A DNA stretch of 63,164 nucleotides, filler included, from Licmophora abbreviata (lineage: Eukaryota): NCBI GenBank assembly GCA_900291995.1. It is 8 parts of 8 records of this genome, joined end to end, with 100 filler letters (N's around TTAATTAATTAA, not from the genome) between each part and the next. Parts side by side here need not be neighbours in the genome. Positions count along the whole stretch, not along the records: positions 30,027 to 33,723 come from OLMU01001477.1; positions 33,824 to 34,880 come from OLMU01001478.1; positions 34,981 to 54,855 come from OLMU01001479.1; 5 more parts are not named here. One strand, given 5' to 3'. Numbering within the stretch: position 1 is the first letter of the stretch; each line of letters opens with the position of its first letter. This document shows, piece by piece, positions 32,644 to 44,800 of the stretch. Made by a program: the position numbers and the translations under genes. Under the pieces are notes generated by a model that was given only the letters and a program-made list of their open reading frames with translations, did no database searches and was not told the origin of the DNA.

Positions 32644-32866
32644 TATATTATCATGAATGGTTTTTGGTGCAGGATTGGTCAAAAGCATCAAGGTCCCCAT
32701 TGAGCCCTTCCCTCACCTTCAACGCCAGTTTGCGTCATGGTGTAGCTTCATCATTTGGAAAGCAGGACCCACTGACGCAAACTGGCGTTGAAGGTGAGGG
32801 AAGGGCTTAATGGGGACCTTGATGCTTTTGACCAATCCTGCACCAAAAACCATTCATGATAATATA
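32644..32866. repeat. 94-bp inverted repeat with 35-nt spacer
   Basis: 32644-32737 is the reverse complement of 32773-32866 with one mismatch at 32702. Confidence 0.95.
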
Positions 32867-32869
32867 CCA

Positions 32870-33620
32870 GATAAGCCGCGGGACCATCTTTGGCATTGTT
32901 TTTGCTGCTTGATAAAGGTCCATCCTTGGCCAGCCACAACTTTGCTCTTCAGGATGGGAGTAGAGCTGCCTTCTGATTGTCCCAGGCATACTGGGATCCA
33001 ACCAGCATGGTGGTTGCCACCAGGTCTTTGTCAGCCATAGAATGGTCTGCTCCCCTGACAGCATGGGTCACATCTGCGGCGTCACAGATGAGATAAGCTA
33101 GTGGGATGCTTTTAGGGCTTGTGCTATGAACAGTCAAAAGGTAGGTAGTCATTTGTTCATCCAATGTAATCCAGTTCTTCATGAAGTCCAAATGGATTGG
33201 CAACACCTGGTCCTCGGAAACGTCCTGCCCCGTCACCAGGGTCAGCTGCTCCAGCCAGTGTTGGATTGCGGCTGCTAAATCCTCCAGGGGTTGCTCTTCC
33301 TCTCCACACGCATACTGGATCCACATCCTGAAAGCCTTGAGCTTCTTGATGGCCAAGTAAGGAAAGGTGGGGACTTGCTGTGGTGCATTGCGGGGTGTGA
33401 CCCTGCTGCATCCCAGGACAATCTGGCTCCATCTGCCTGATGAGCTGATTAATCTCCCCCAGAGGGGGAGAATGAAGGTTCTTAGTGCTGTCAATACCCT
33501 GCTGCTCAAGGTAGCTATGTCACTGTAAGGGGGTTAAACCCACATGGATCAAGTGCCGCTGTGAAAGCATGCCATGATATTGCAAAGTTTGCCATTGTGC
33601 GCAAAAAAAAAGTGGCCCAA
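32870..33620 (-). mobile_element. Degenerate retrotransposon gag-like remnant (possibly diatom Ty1/copia)
   Basis: Broken frame with LAIKKLKAFRMW...WITLDEQMTTYL...IPLAYLI..AWDNQK, reminiscent of diatom copia gag; strongly CpG-depleted. No RT or integrase seen. Confidence 0.45.
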
Positions 33621-33823
33621 ACTTGGGCTGTCATCCCCTTACCTTGTTGAAAATGGGCAAGCCTCGGAGTCCGACAGCTTGAAGGACTTTCCAATGGTCT
33701 TGCTCGTGTACCCATATAAACGANNNNNNNNNNNNNNNNNNNNNNNNNNNNNNNNNNNNNNNNNNNNTTAATTAATTAANNNNNNNNNNNNNNNNNNNNN
33801 NNNNNNNNNNNNNNNNNNNNNNN

Positions 33824-34880
33824 ATACCGTATCAGCATCCACACCATGAAGGTCGGCACCTCTGGTTTCATACTTTCCTGGATTTGCCCCATGGGTCTTG
33901 GTCCCCCCAATCACCCTTCTACGCTGTACTTCCTCCGTCCCATCTTTCAATGATGCTTGCGACCTTGTTCTGGGTGTTTTCAGCACCATTACCCATCCCC
34001 CCCAACCTTGGCTCCGTTTCAGGACATCCCATCTACCCTTTGGACATTGCTTCCCTTGTCCTCTTTTTGTCCTTCCTCTTCTTCCTGCATTTCTGTCAGA
34101 CCCCTTGTATGTTGGATAAGGGCCGGCGCTGGGCTCCCCTCAATGTGAAGTCCTTTAGTAAACCCAGATGGTCCAGATCACTGTCAGTAACACTCTCCAA
34201 AAGGCCGCCTTAGGTGCAGGAAGCAACAATGAGACAAACGCAAAGGGGAGAAGCAAACCCAGACAAGTGCACACCTCAACGCTCCCTGCTCCTCGCTCCT
34301 GCTACCACTGGTGGTGGCGCCAATCCTTCCGGGTCCTGGTTGAGGATAGCCAACATCTCGTCCTCACTGCACACCCAGGTCCCTGCTGGCGCCAAGTCGC
34401 AATTGTTGTCCGGAAAGGGTGCCAATACCAACTTTCGTTGGACTGCGTCTCCCACAAGGGCATACGTGGTTTTGTTCCAGGGCTCCGGTGCACCAATCAC
34501 GGTCACTGGGTAGCCCTATGAAGTACCTGGATGACTCCCACATCCTGTCCCGCTCAACCATGTTGCAGTAGCGCCAATGGCACATTGTTTCCTATGCCGC
34601 CGCTACCTTATTGGCCAGAGTCTGTGAATCGTACTTTGAGTTGTGAACCAGAACCAGAAAGTCTCCCTCAACCTCGGCATAGTCTCCGTGGTGCGGGTCA
34701 TTCGCCCCGGTCAAATAGTAATCATGATATGACCCGCCATGACCGGCGGTGGTGGAAACGCTCCAATTCCTGCACCGTGTTTGGGCTGAGCCCCCGGCGC
34801 TTGCTGGGGAGGAGGCTGCTGAAGTAGAACGGGATCCCCTGGCATTGCTCCCCAGGGCTGGACTTGGGTGGAACGGGTGG
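33824..34880 (-). pseudogene. Degenerate coding/repeat-derived fragment of unknown family
   Basis: Small isolated contig, CpG-poor, with interrupted protein-like minus-strand frames (e.g. 34276-34506). Confidence 0.3.
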
Positions 34881-35346
34881 NNNNNNNNNNNNNNNNNNNN
34901 NNNNNNNNNNNNNNNNNNNNNNNNTTAATTAATTAANNNNNNNNNNNNNNNNNNNNNNNNNNNNNNNNNNNNNNNNNNNNGCCTCACCTGGTTGACTTTC
35001 TCGAGGCCAGTTAGTGGTACCCAGGTACGAACGAGTATCGGTACTGCTATTTTGTATTTTTGTACTTTTGGCCCGACTTATTTTTCTTTTTTCTGAGTTT
35101 TGCTCTACCAGTATCGTAAGATACAAGTATGATACATACAGGACGAATTTGATATTTTTCTTCTTTTTTTGTGAGAGATGATGACCGATGATGACGTTTG
35201 TGCTGATTGAAGACCTCGAAAAGACATGACGTACGAAAGAGTACCAGCTGCACGTAGAACAAACTGCCTTCGCAACGTGCGTACGCGAGAATGCTCTTGA
35301 GCCAGCCATCACCATGAACCCTCTTCTACATTATTTTGTCATCAAG

Positions 35347-37009
35347 ATGAAGCTTGCTGCCGTTGTTATCTCGTTGTATGTCGTGTCGAGCTCGGCCTTT
35401 GCGCCGCAGCGCTTGTCGAACGGTCAGGTGAGTACGAAAAATGAGTCTAACGGGCCGCGGCAAGGCCCGGGCGATCGTAGTACGTGTATCTTTCTGATGT
35501 CTTGGGTGATTTGCGAAGATACAGTCTTCGTCCGGGCGCGATCTCACGCTTCATTGTTCTTTGATACGTCTCTAAAGTCGTGGTCCAGATTGAACGGCGC
35601 AAACCCTCCACCTTTTGGAAACTGGGGACAGCCTGCAGCTCCGGCCCCGGCACCAGCTGGACCTCCCGCCTCGTTCGGTGCCCCACCGGCTGCTGCTGTA
35701 CCCCCCGCCGCCGGTGCGTCATTTGGAGCCCCTCCCGCGGCTACCGCGCCCCCCGCCGCTGGGACGTCTCCGACCAACCCCAATCCATTCGGGGGAAAAT
35801 CCATTGAATGGGGGGGGAATGTGGACGACCCGAATGCTAAGGTAATCAGACTTCGCGATGCTCTGAACGACGCTGACACTGAACGCCGAAAGGCTGCCGA
35901 AGAGGCCGATCAGCGGGAGCGTGCTGCGGAAATCCGTCGTGAGGAGCGCCTGAAGAAGATTGCGTACATGAGAGATATGCCGGACAGCCAGCCGGCTGGG
36001 ACGGGTAAGTGTCAATGGGAACGTCAGAGCCATTCGGTACTATCCTCATTATGTGCACGTCGGACGTGCTCTCTCATCGATGTTATCGTCACGCTTGACT
36101 TTGCTTTCAGTTGACGAATTTATGTTCAAGGAGGGTGTCCAGGACCAGCTTGATAAGCTCGATCACGATCTCGTCGGACTAGTCCCTGTGAAACAGCGTG
36201 TCAAGGAGATTGCCGCTCTTCTCGTCCTTGACAAGATGCGCCGCAAACTCGGTTTCGAGACGGCGGTTCCGTCTCTTCACATGAGCTTCACAGGAGCTCC
36301 TGGCACTGGTAAGACTACTGTTGCCGTTCGTATGGGCCAGATTCTTGCGAAGATGGGTTACTGTCGTAAGGGTCACGTCGTTCTTGCGACCCGTGATGAT
36401 CTCGTCGGCCAGTACGTCGGACATACCGCCCCAAAGACGAAAGAAATGATCAAGAAGGCCATGGGAGGACTCCTCCTTGTCGATGAGGCGTACTATCTGT
36501 ACAATGCTGCCAACGATCGCGACTATGGTCAGGAGTCTATCGAAATTCTCCTGAACGTCATGGAGAACAACCAGGACGATCTTGTTGTCGCCGTTGCTGG
36601 ATACAAAGATCGAATGGACAAATTCTTCTCCTACATCCCTGGTATGATGTCGCGTATTGGAAACCATATTGACTTCCCCAACTACAGCTCCGACGAGCTT
36701 GTCAGGATTGCTGAAGTCATGGCTCGTGATTTGGAGTATGATATCGCCCCGGATGCCTTCCCGGTCTTCAAGCAGTATATCGAGAGGCGTATGGAGCTCC
36801 CTTATTTCTCGAATGCTCGTACCGTCCGTAATGCCATGGACCGTGCTCGCATGAATTCGGCTATTCGGACGTTCGAGAAGTTTGCCATTCAGGGACAGAA
36901 CGGAGGAAGATGCACCGTCGATGATCTGAAGTCAATCCAGAAAGAGGACTTCCAAGTGTTGCTGGATGATATCGTTAATGCTGATGTGAACAAGCGTATT
37001 TTCGCTTAG
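35347..37009 (+). CDS. cbbX: Nucleus-encoded, plastid-targeted red-type Rubisco activase CbbX
   Basis: SSSA-FAP bipartite presequence; introns 35428-35577 (in frame) and 36005-36110; LVGLVPVKQRVKEIAALL, HMSFTGAPGTGKTT, DLVGQYVGHTAPKTKE, DEAYYLY, RDYGQE and NARTVRNA. Confidence 0.96.
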
Positions 37010-37163
37010 TTCTGCACAGTCATCGATTCATTAGCTAGAGCGAAGAGATTGTCGTAATTTGGGGTTCACTTTCCCAGGCTGTCATGCTGTACGTTATACA
37101 ATTATGCTGCTAAGAACAGGCTGTCGTCGAAAAGAGGCAGAGTCAGTCATCTTGTAGTGTATC

Positions 37164-38255
37164 TTACATATCCCCCAGAACCCGTGAATACAGTGGGAGC
37201 TCGTCTTTCTCCTGTCTGGTCGGCGAGGCGCAGGTGGAGAGATTATTTGATACGGCTTGTACGTGTTGCTGAAGTGCTTCTTCGAAGGTTTTAAGCCTCG
37301 TTTCACTGATGTAGAGTCGGAGCTGTAAGGCCTGGACTCGCTCACTGGCGGCTTCTTGTTCGTCATTGAACGCTTTGATATGAGTTGCTCGTTCCTTCCG
37401 CAGTTGCTCGTCCTTCGCCGCTAAGTCCAACTCGAGCTGTCGCACTCTGGTTCGCAAAATAGATTTTTCCTCGAGTTGGGCGGACATCGTCTCGGGGACA
37501 AAGAGCGGACGACTGGTCCTGCACTCTTGTCTCGGGAGGAAGACCTTGTTGGAAGGCTCAGAGGATCCTTGGGGTGTTTGAGTCGGTGCCAACGATTCCT
37601 CGACAGCTGCCGCTGTACCGGTACCTTCCGGCACTCCCAAGCTTCCCTGCGCGTTTTTCTCTTCGACCAAGGCAGGTTTCTCGACTTGCTGTTTCGACTT
37701 CTTCGTTTTCACTTCTGTCCAGTCACTGGAGCTAAGCTCGTCCGCGTTTGCAATGGCGACTGGCGGTTTCATCAAATCCTCCAAGGTATCGTCGTCATCT
37801 ACTCGACTATGACAAGCGTTCTCGTGTGATTCTTGTGTAACTTGCACTGGTCTTGGTCGGGAGGTGTTCCTGGCGACCTCAGTGCTCGGCTTCGACCGGC
37901 TTTCTTCTTCCTCTCGCAAGAGTTTCTCGGCTGCGATATGTGCGGCGATAGCAAGCTCGCTCTGCCTCCGGAGCAAGTCTGCGTGGACTACGGCCTGGGC
38001 GTCCTTCCTGGGCAATAGAGTTAGGCTGAGTCGATATACTGGTGCGCTATTGTTGCATATTGTTTGCAAGTGACGAAAGAATTCCGTCTGATCCTGAGTA
38101 AAGCCTCCTTCGTTACGATCCGTGACGACGAGGCCGCAAATGTAGACAAGGCGCGATGGAATTTTGAGCGCCTGCTGCGTCTCGGTCAGCGGAATGCTTG
38201 TCTTCAGTTCTCCCAGGGCCAGTGACTCGGCAGCCTGTTTGACTGCAGGATCCAT
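37164..38255 (-). CDS. Hypothetical coiled-coil protein
   Basis: 363-aa intronless ORF with C-terminal heptad-rich helix (LRTRVRQLELDL...LQLRLYISETRL). Confidence 0.75.
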   Translation of the reverse strand: MDPAVKQAAESLALGELKTSIPLTETQQALKIPSRLVYICGLVVTDRNEGGFTQDQTEFFRHLQTICNNSAPVYRLSLTLLPRKDAQAVVHADLLRRQSELAIAAHIAAEKLLREEEESRSKPSTEVARNTSRPRPVQVTQESHENACHSRVDDDDTLEDLMKPPVAIANADELSSSDWTEVKTKKSKQQVEKPALVEEKNAQGSLGVPEGTGTAAAVEESLAPTQTPQGSSEPSNKVFLPRQECRTSRPLFVPETMSAQLEEKSILRTRVRQLELDLAAKDEQLRKERATHIKAFNDEQEAASERVQALQLRLYISETRLKTFEEALQQHVQAVSNNLSTCASPTRQEKDELPLYSRVLGDM

Positions 38256-38574
38256 CGTCTAGAGAGAGCGAGAGTGCACACGAGGAGGACGTGGCGGTGT
38301 CGAGTGTCCCCGATTCATTCGCCTTGTCGCCTTCATCGTTCATCGTCTAGGGTTCGGAATGGAAAAGTGCGCGAATGTTTCTCGCTCGCGCGCGGGAGGC
38401 GAAAAGAGAAAAGATCGATGATGGCCATTCGTCTGAGTCTCTCCCTCATGCCTGTGGTCTGCCGGTCTGATGGCCCGTGGGATCATCTTGCCTCCTCGCG
38501 CCGTTCCGCTTGACACTCTCACCGAGAAACTGCAATCCTGAAAGCGCTGCTAGTGAGGACACATTATTGAAAAA

Positions 38575-41500
38575 ATGGGGAAGAAAAGGAGGAAAAGCGA
38601 AAAGCGGAGGCGCTCGATCGAGGGAAAGAGGGCTCCCCTGACGTTGGATTCGATTGACGGCGACAGCCCCCCCGGTAGTAGCAGCAACAGTCCCCAGGGT
38701 TTAACGAAGAGTCATATCGACCCTCAACACAGAATGAGAGCATCTGTAGCAGAACGGGACGAGCCGTCTGCGCTGGGGAAGCAAACTCCTTTGCTCAAGG
38801 GGGTGCACGGTGGTGTCTGTCCTACACTCGAATTCGTCTACCCACGTTCCCACTCGCCTGCCAACCTGGTGGTGCCTTACATCTTTGATCGCCAGAAGAA
38901 AAGGCAAGAAATCAACGTAGCTATCAGCTCCCGAGAGCGCGACGACGTAATGGAGACCGCTGGTCGTGGTCGGGATGTACCGGTATCCTCGCCTCTTACC
39001 GATAAACGAAGGGCCGACGAGACAATTCTTGACATCTTGTACGGGACGATGGACAGCGAGGAGCACACTGCATCTGTGAAACCTACCACCACAAATCAGG
39101 CAGCATCTAAAAGTGCAGAGAGGCCAGAAACTCCTGAGAAAGAGAAGGGTATCTCAGTTGTCACCAAAGGTCAAGGAACTCCTGAGAACCCGGACTCTGA
39201 ACCGGGACACCTGTCCGGCTTGTCAGTGGAGGATGTAGTGCGAGACAAGCACGGATGTCGCCCTCGAGCCAACTCGACTGATTTTGAGCTCAAGCTCCCC
39301 AGGCGGGGTCTCTGTGACGAAAGATCTATCTTGGAGTGCTTCAGGTGGAAAGATGTCAATGTGCGATGTCGCCCAAGGGGTTTTTTGAATTGTGGAAACA
39401 CATGCTTCTTGAATGCGACTCTCCAATGTTTAGCATATCTTCCTCCATTTGCACAGTGCTTACTTTCTCTTCCACGCTCGAGTACAGTTGCTTCACCGAA
39501 GAGCAGTGGACAAAGAATGACACAGTTGCTGAGTGCCCTATTCCGTCAGGTTCACGGGATCGATCAGCGACACGGCCAGAGCGACGCTATTTCTCCACGG
39601 GCAATCGTAAAGGCAGTTCCGACTTTAGGAAGCGGAGGAAGCAGGAATGGATACAAGTTTAGACCTGGGCGACAAGAGGATGCGCACGAGTTCCTCGTTC
39701 ACCTCTTAGATGCACTCCACGATGGTGAATTGAAGGCAGCGGGTAGGTCTCTTTTAAGGTTTGAAATGCTTGTACCACCGAGTAGATCGAGCACACTCAA
39801 CCGAATTCCCCGTTCCCCGTCGGTATCGTCAGGAATCAATCAGGAGAGCAGAGGATGGCGAGACAAGCTGCCAATACAGAGACTGGACGAAACGACGTTC
39901 GTTCACAGGATCTTTGGTGGCTACCTGCGTAGTCAGGTTCGATGCACGAAATGTGGGCACCGGAGCAATACGTACGATCCGTTTCTTGACCTCGCGCTTG
40001 AAGTGAGCAAGAAATCATGCAACACCGTCTCAGAAGCATTCGCAGAGTTCACAAAGAGGGAGACTTTAGATTCGGAGAACCGCTGGGTTTGCTCTGGATG
40101 CCAGAAGCCAGTCCGCGCAACGAAGCAGCTTACGGTGTTCCGTGGACCGCTGGCACTCTGTGTTCAGCTCAAGCGATTCACTTTTGGAGGTGGTCTCGGC
40201 GGATTTTCCTACGGTGGCGGAGGCTTTTATGGCCTGAAAGGTGCCAGCACGATGACTGGCAGGGGATCTAAAATCACGAAACCTGTTGACTTTCCTTCGG
40301 AACTCCGCCTTCCTCTCAGCGACGGCAGAAACTGCGAGTATGGCTTGACAGGGATCGTCGTTCATGTCGGAGGAAGCTCGAGCTCTGGACATTACACTGC
40401 TTTTGTTAAAAGACCGGCTCGAAATGTCAGCAACCGTTCAGACTGGTATCGCATGGACGACTCATTCGTTGAACCCATCTCTGAGAAAGCGGTCCTGCGG
40501 CATCGAGACGCATATCTACTCTTTTACTGTCGTAAGGAAGTCAAACTGGAGTTCCCTTCGCCTCCTCCTCGCGCATCGATGAGTAGTGGCGAAGCTCGCG
40601 AGCTCGGCGCCGCTCGAGCTCGAGCAAGAGCGGATAGAAGCGCGAGAGGGGAAGAAGCAGGCACCTCAGAACTAAGTTTGACAGGTGGATCACTCTCTCC
40701 GAATCATACCAGCGAGCCGAACATGACGGAAAGGCAAACAAAGTGTTCGCAGCTACAACCAAGCACATTCATCTCGGGAGCGACCGGTGTGCGTCTGCAT
40801 AGCATCGACGATGCCAAGAAGAGCAGTTCACAGAGCCTCAGAAGAGAAGATTTCAGCCGTGATGTGCACATACCGGTGTTGGACGAGCAGCAAGCAGATA
40901 GCGTTTCGTCGTCTGAATCATCCAGCGCCTCTGACTCCAAGGACGAAGTTCGCCTGGAAGAGACTCGGCGGGCGATTGATGTCCAGCCAACGACAAGCCT
41001 GGATCAGACTTGCGTGGATACAAAGGAAAGGATACTGTCGCCCAAAACTAAGTCCAAGGAGATTCATAGGAGACGCGTTGTAGTCGACCGCGGCAGTACG
41101 ATGGGGAGGCTGGAAGTCATGATCGGCCCCAGGTACAAATCCAAGAAGGCGTGGAAACCCGCGTCAATAACGTCGTCGGAGAGAAAGGGCCAAGCGCACG
41201 ACCTCCTCGGAACCTACCAAGTCGGAACATGGGGAGATGAGGAACATGAAGACAATCAACACAGTACCACGGCGAAGACAAACGTTGACCTTCGTGAAAG
41301 TGCTCTAAAGGAAATGTCGAAAGATGAAAGAAGTCGGAAGCGCAAAATGTATTTAGATCGATGGGATGCGATGTTGGATGAAGGAAAGGTGCGCAGTTGC
41401 TTGTGGGCGAAAGTGGGCGTGGAGAAATGTGAAACGCGAGGTACTAACCCGGTTGTAATTTGTCGTTCGACAGAGAAAAAAGAATAAGAAGAAATCAAAC

Positions 41501-41668
41501 CCTATCGGCACCCCTGAGATGGCAACCCCGGAAAAGAACGCGTTCCAGCGAATACAGAGCAGTATCCAGAAAATGAACAGAGGTCGGGCCAAGGGCACCT
41601 TTCGCCGAAAAATGGATACGACTACCCGGAACAGACGGCAGAAACGAGGCGGGAGGGCGTCATTTTGA
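38575..41668 (+). CDS. Ubiquitin-specific protease, USP36/USP42-like
   Basis: GFLNCGNTCFLNATLQCL Cys box, RQEDAHEFL and GHYTAFVK His box; introns 39743-39832 and 41389-41473; C-terminal WDAMLDEGK|RKK...NAFQ typical of the USP36 group. Confidence 0.92.
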
Positions 41669-41851
41669 AGCTCGTACATCGAGACCGCAAATTCACGAAC
41701 AAACCAGCTAAACGAACTTTGTCATTTACGCGTGGGTAGGATGATCGAAATACCTTGCAACTTGACGATTCTACTGTATTGAAGGTTCGACGACTAAATA
41801 CTCCGTACATCCTAGAGCTAGTTATGACATCCACCTGCAACGACAACAAAC

Positions 41852-44800
41852 TCATGAACAAGTCAATTGAATGCGAGAAGCGAGCTCGTCCACAACACGG
41901 CTTCGTCGTTCTCGTTGCCTCTCGGGCTGCAGAACATTATCCGCGGCACCATCCTCGATTCCGTTTTCTGGTGATCCGCTGAGATTGTCGGTTAGACACG
42001 GCGCTGTCCTCTGTGACGAGCGTTCCGCAAGCACACCACCAATGTCATTGTAGCATCGATCGCACACTCGAACGGGGATTGTAAGGCCCACGCTCGGAAG
42101 AGGGGCTCGACTCTTGGCACAAGGATCACAAACAAGAGCTCCACATGAACGACAATTGTGCTTATCACGCGCCTCCTGGGCCTCGGTGTCCGAGGTACTC
42201 GCCCAGGTGAATCTGCTGGCGCAGCAAGAGCTTCGCCCCAAAGTCAACAGGACAAGCAAGTTAGTGGCATGCTAGCAACAAAAGAAACGCGAAAAAGCAA
42301 TGTTTTCATACCATGTGTGATCCTCATCAAACGCAGTCCATCTAGGAAGCCCCTCCTGAGCGTTGCGAACGCTCCTGACTTCCCGCAATGCGTCAAAGTA
42401 GGACGTGGCCAAGTGGTCAGAGAGCATATTGCCGGCCAGACTAATTCGACGTAGTTCGCGAAAAGCTCTTGGGACATAAGCCGCCTTATAGCCTCCTCGA
42501 TGCGTATAGATGTGCACAACTCTACCCGGTAGAAACATTCTTGGCAGAGGCGTCTCCTCCAGCATCACAGCAGAGGGTGATGGGGAGCACTCATCAGTCT
42601 CGAGAGCTTCCTCGCCATCTAATTCGAGGGACATCGACCTGCTTCTATTCAATGTCGACATATTCTCTCCTTGCTGATCAAATGGAACCCAGCTCTCGTC
42701 GCATAAAATATTATCTTGAGGCAAACAACCGATGCCGTTGTCTTCAAGGGGCCTCTCTTCACCTTCACTGGAGAGAGAAGTCACATCAGCCTGTTGTTCG
42801 TCGAAAGACTCCGCATCGCTCTCTATCAAGGTTTCTTCTGTATCGAAGAACTCATCACCATCGATAACGACACCTTCAGCCTTGATGTCGGCGCCGCCCA
42901 TGTAGTCGACTAGCATTGCCGGCTCGGGAAGCGAGCACGACTGATGTCGTAGAGACACACTCTCAGCGGTGGACATCGCAGTCCCGAATCTTGACGCAGT
43001 TCCGCCACCGGAGACTGACGTTGACTCGACGCTCTCGTCACAGACGAGGATCGTTTCACGGAAATCCCCAACACATTTGGAGTCGACGCTGCTCGTGTCG
43101 GTTTCTCCATACGCAGCTTCCTCCTCATCCACAGTGCTGACAAGTTTTCCTTTAACAGAGAAGAGTTTCCGTTTACCGTACTGGATCTGTTTCCGACAAT
43201 ACCGCTTGATCGATACGGCGGAATTATCGCTTAGAGTAAAGCTCTGTCGCCATCTTGGCGCCCACGCCGACCTGGCACGCTCAGTGATCGCCATGAGGTC
43301 ATTGGCCAAGTGAGCTCTGACCCATGTCTCACGAATATGCAGCAAGTGTTTTAGAAGTCCACGTATACTTGTCGGAGTCAGTCGAGGAACGACGTCGTCG
43401 TGTAGCACTACGGTCGTGACGAAAGACTTCACGTATTCCGACAATTTCGCATCGACGCAGGAGGGGGTCCCATATGCAGTCACTCTGAGGATATCGTTAT
43501 TATCGAGGTTTCTCTTTCCCATGCTTGTCTCGACGGCAGCCTGTCGAAACTCTTCTTCCAGCCCCTCGGTCTGCTCAAAGTGACGAAGAGCAAGCGCTCC
43601 TAGCAGCGTCGCCACCCCTCCTCCCAAAGAGTGTCCGGTGCACCTTATACGATATCCTTTCTGCGCCAACAGGACTAGGACGTCTATGTTTTCTCTGTAC
43701 AAATTGGCAGCAGCTCTAGCCATACCACAAACGGCTAGTCCCTGACCTTGAAAAACCGGAGTCCAATCATCGTCAAAACGACCAGCGCCAGAACTCGCAA
43801 TGTCAGATTCTGTCTCTGGAAACGGCACGGGCATCTGGCGAATGTCAGTCACGACATCGTTGATGGTCGCGGTTCCACGAACTCCGAGACAGGCAATTTT
43901 CTGCTCTTCATGCAAGAACAACGCCGAAGCTGGACGATCAGTAACCGGCCCTTCGACTCCAGGGTCCTGCTCTAAGTGTGCATACAAGAGCCTCCAACCT
44001 TGTTGGGCTGCCAGGAGCTGCATTTCTACCTCCGTTTCCACGTATATAAAATTCAGTGCAATGGGTGCATAGAAAAGTAGCGACGAAATGACCTCATCAG
44101 GGACGGAATCACAGACAGGCGTAAACGGAAGCCCCTCCCGATCAAATGTGACTGGAACGGTCTGAGAATCCGCCGGGGCAAAAAAATCGGAGACATCCGA
44201 TGACTTGGGATCAAAGATATCAGTTTCATCCAGGACCTCCGAGTTGTCGCTTACCGCGCTCTCTCGCCTCTCAAACGCCGAAGTGCTAGTGTCCACCACA
44301 GAACCGCCAGCCGGGGAGCCAATAGACGGACTTCCACCATGCGTCCACGCTGGGGATATCCGAGAAACTTCGTCCTCTTCCTTTCGAGTTTGATCAGGCT
44401 TCTTAAAAGTATGGATTTGGTGCTCTCTTTCTGGACTCATCCCACGCATCGCCCGGTGCTGTGCCAAGGCATAGAATATAGCTGCGCTTAACTCGTGAAC
44501 GCTCAATGGCCAAGCGGTCTTATTGATGCCAAGTGCCTTACACAATAAGTCTGCCGCCTCCAAGAATTCGTGTCGCAAAATCAAAGTGTACATGCCATTC
44601 AATCCATGTTTCCGCAATACTTCTACTGTTTCCACCGCCACGTGTGCCTGCGCCCCGAGTGGGATGGAGCGGGCCATGGCAATAGCAGCCTGCGTAATAC
44701 GTATGGCGGCATCCTCCACTGTATCGACCCCGGTTTCAAAGTAAGGAGTGAGGACTCCCTCGCCGTAGTCCCTGCAGCGAGCCAATCTCCACTAAATTGT

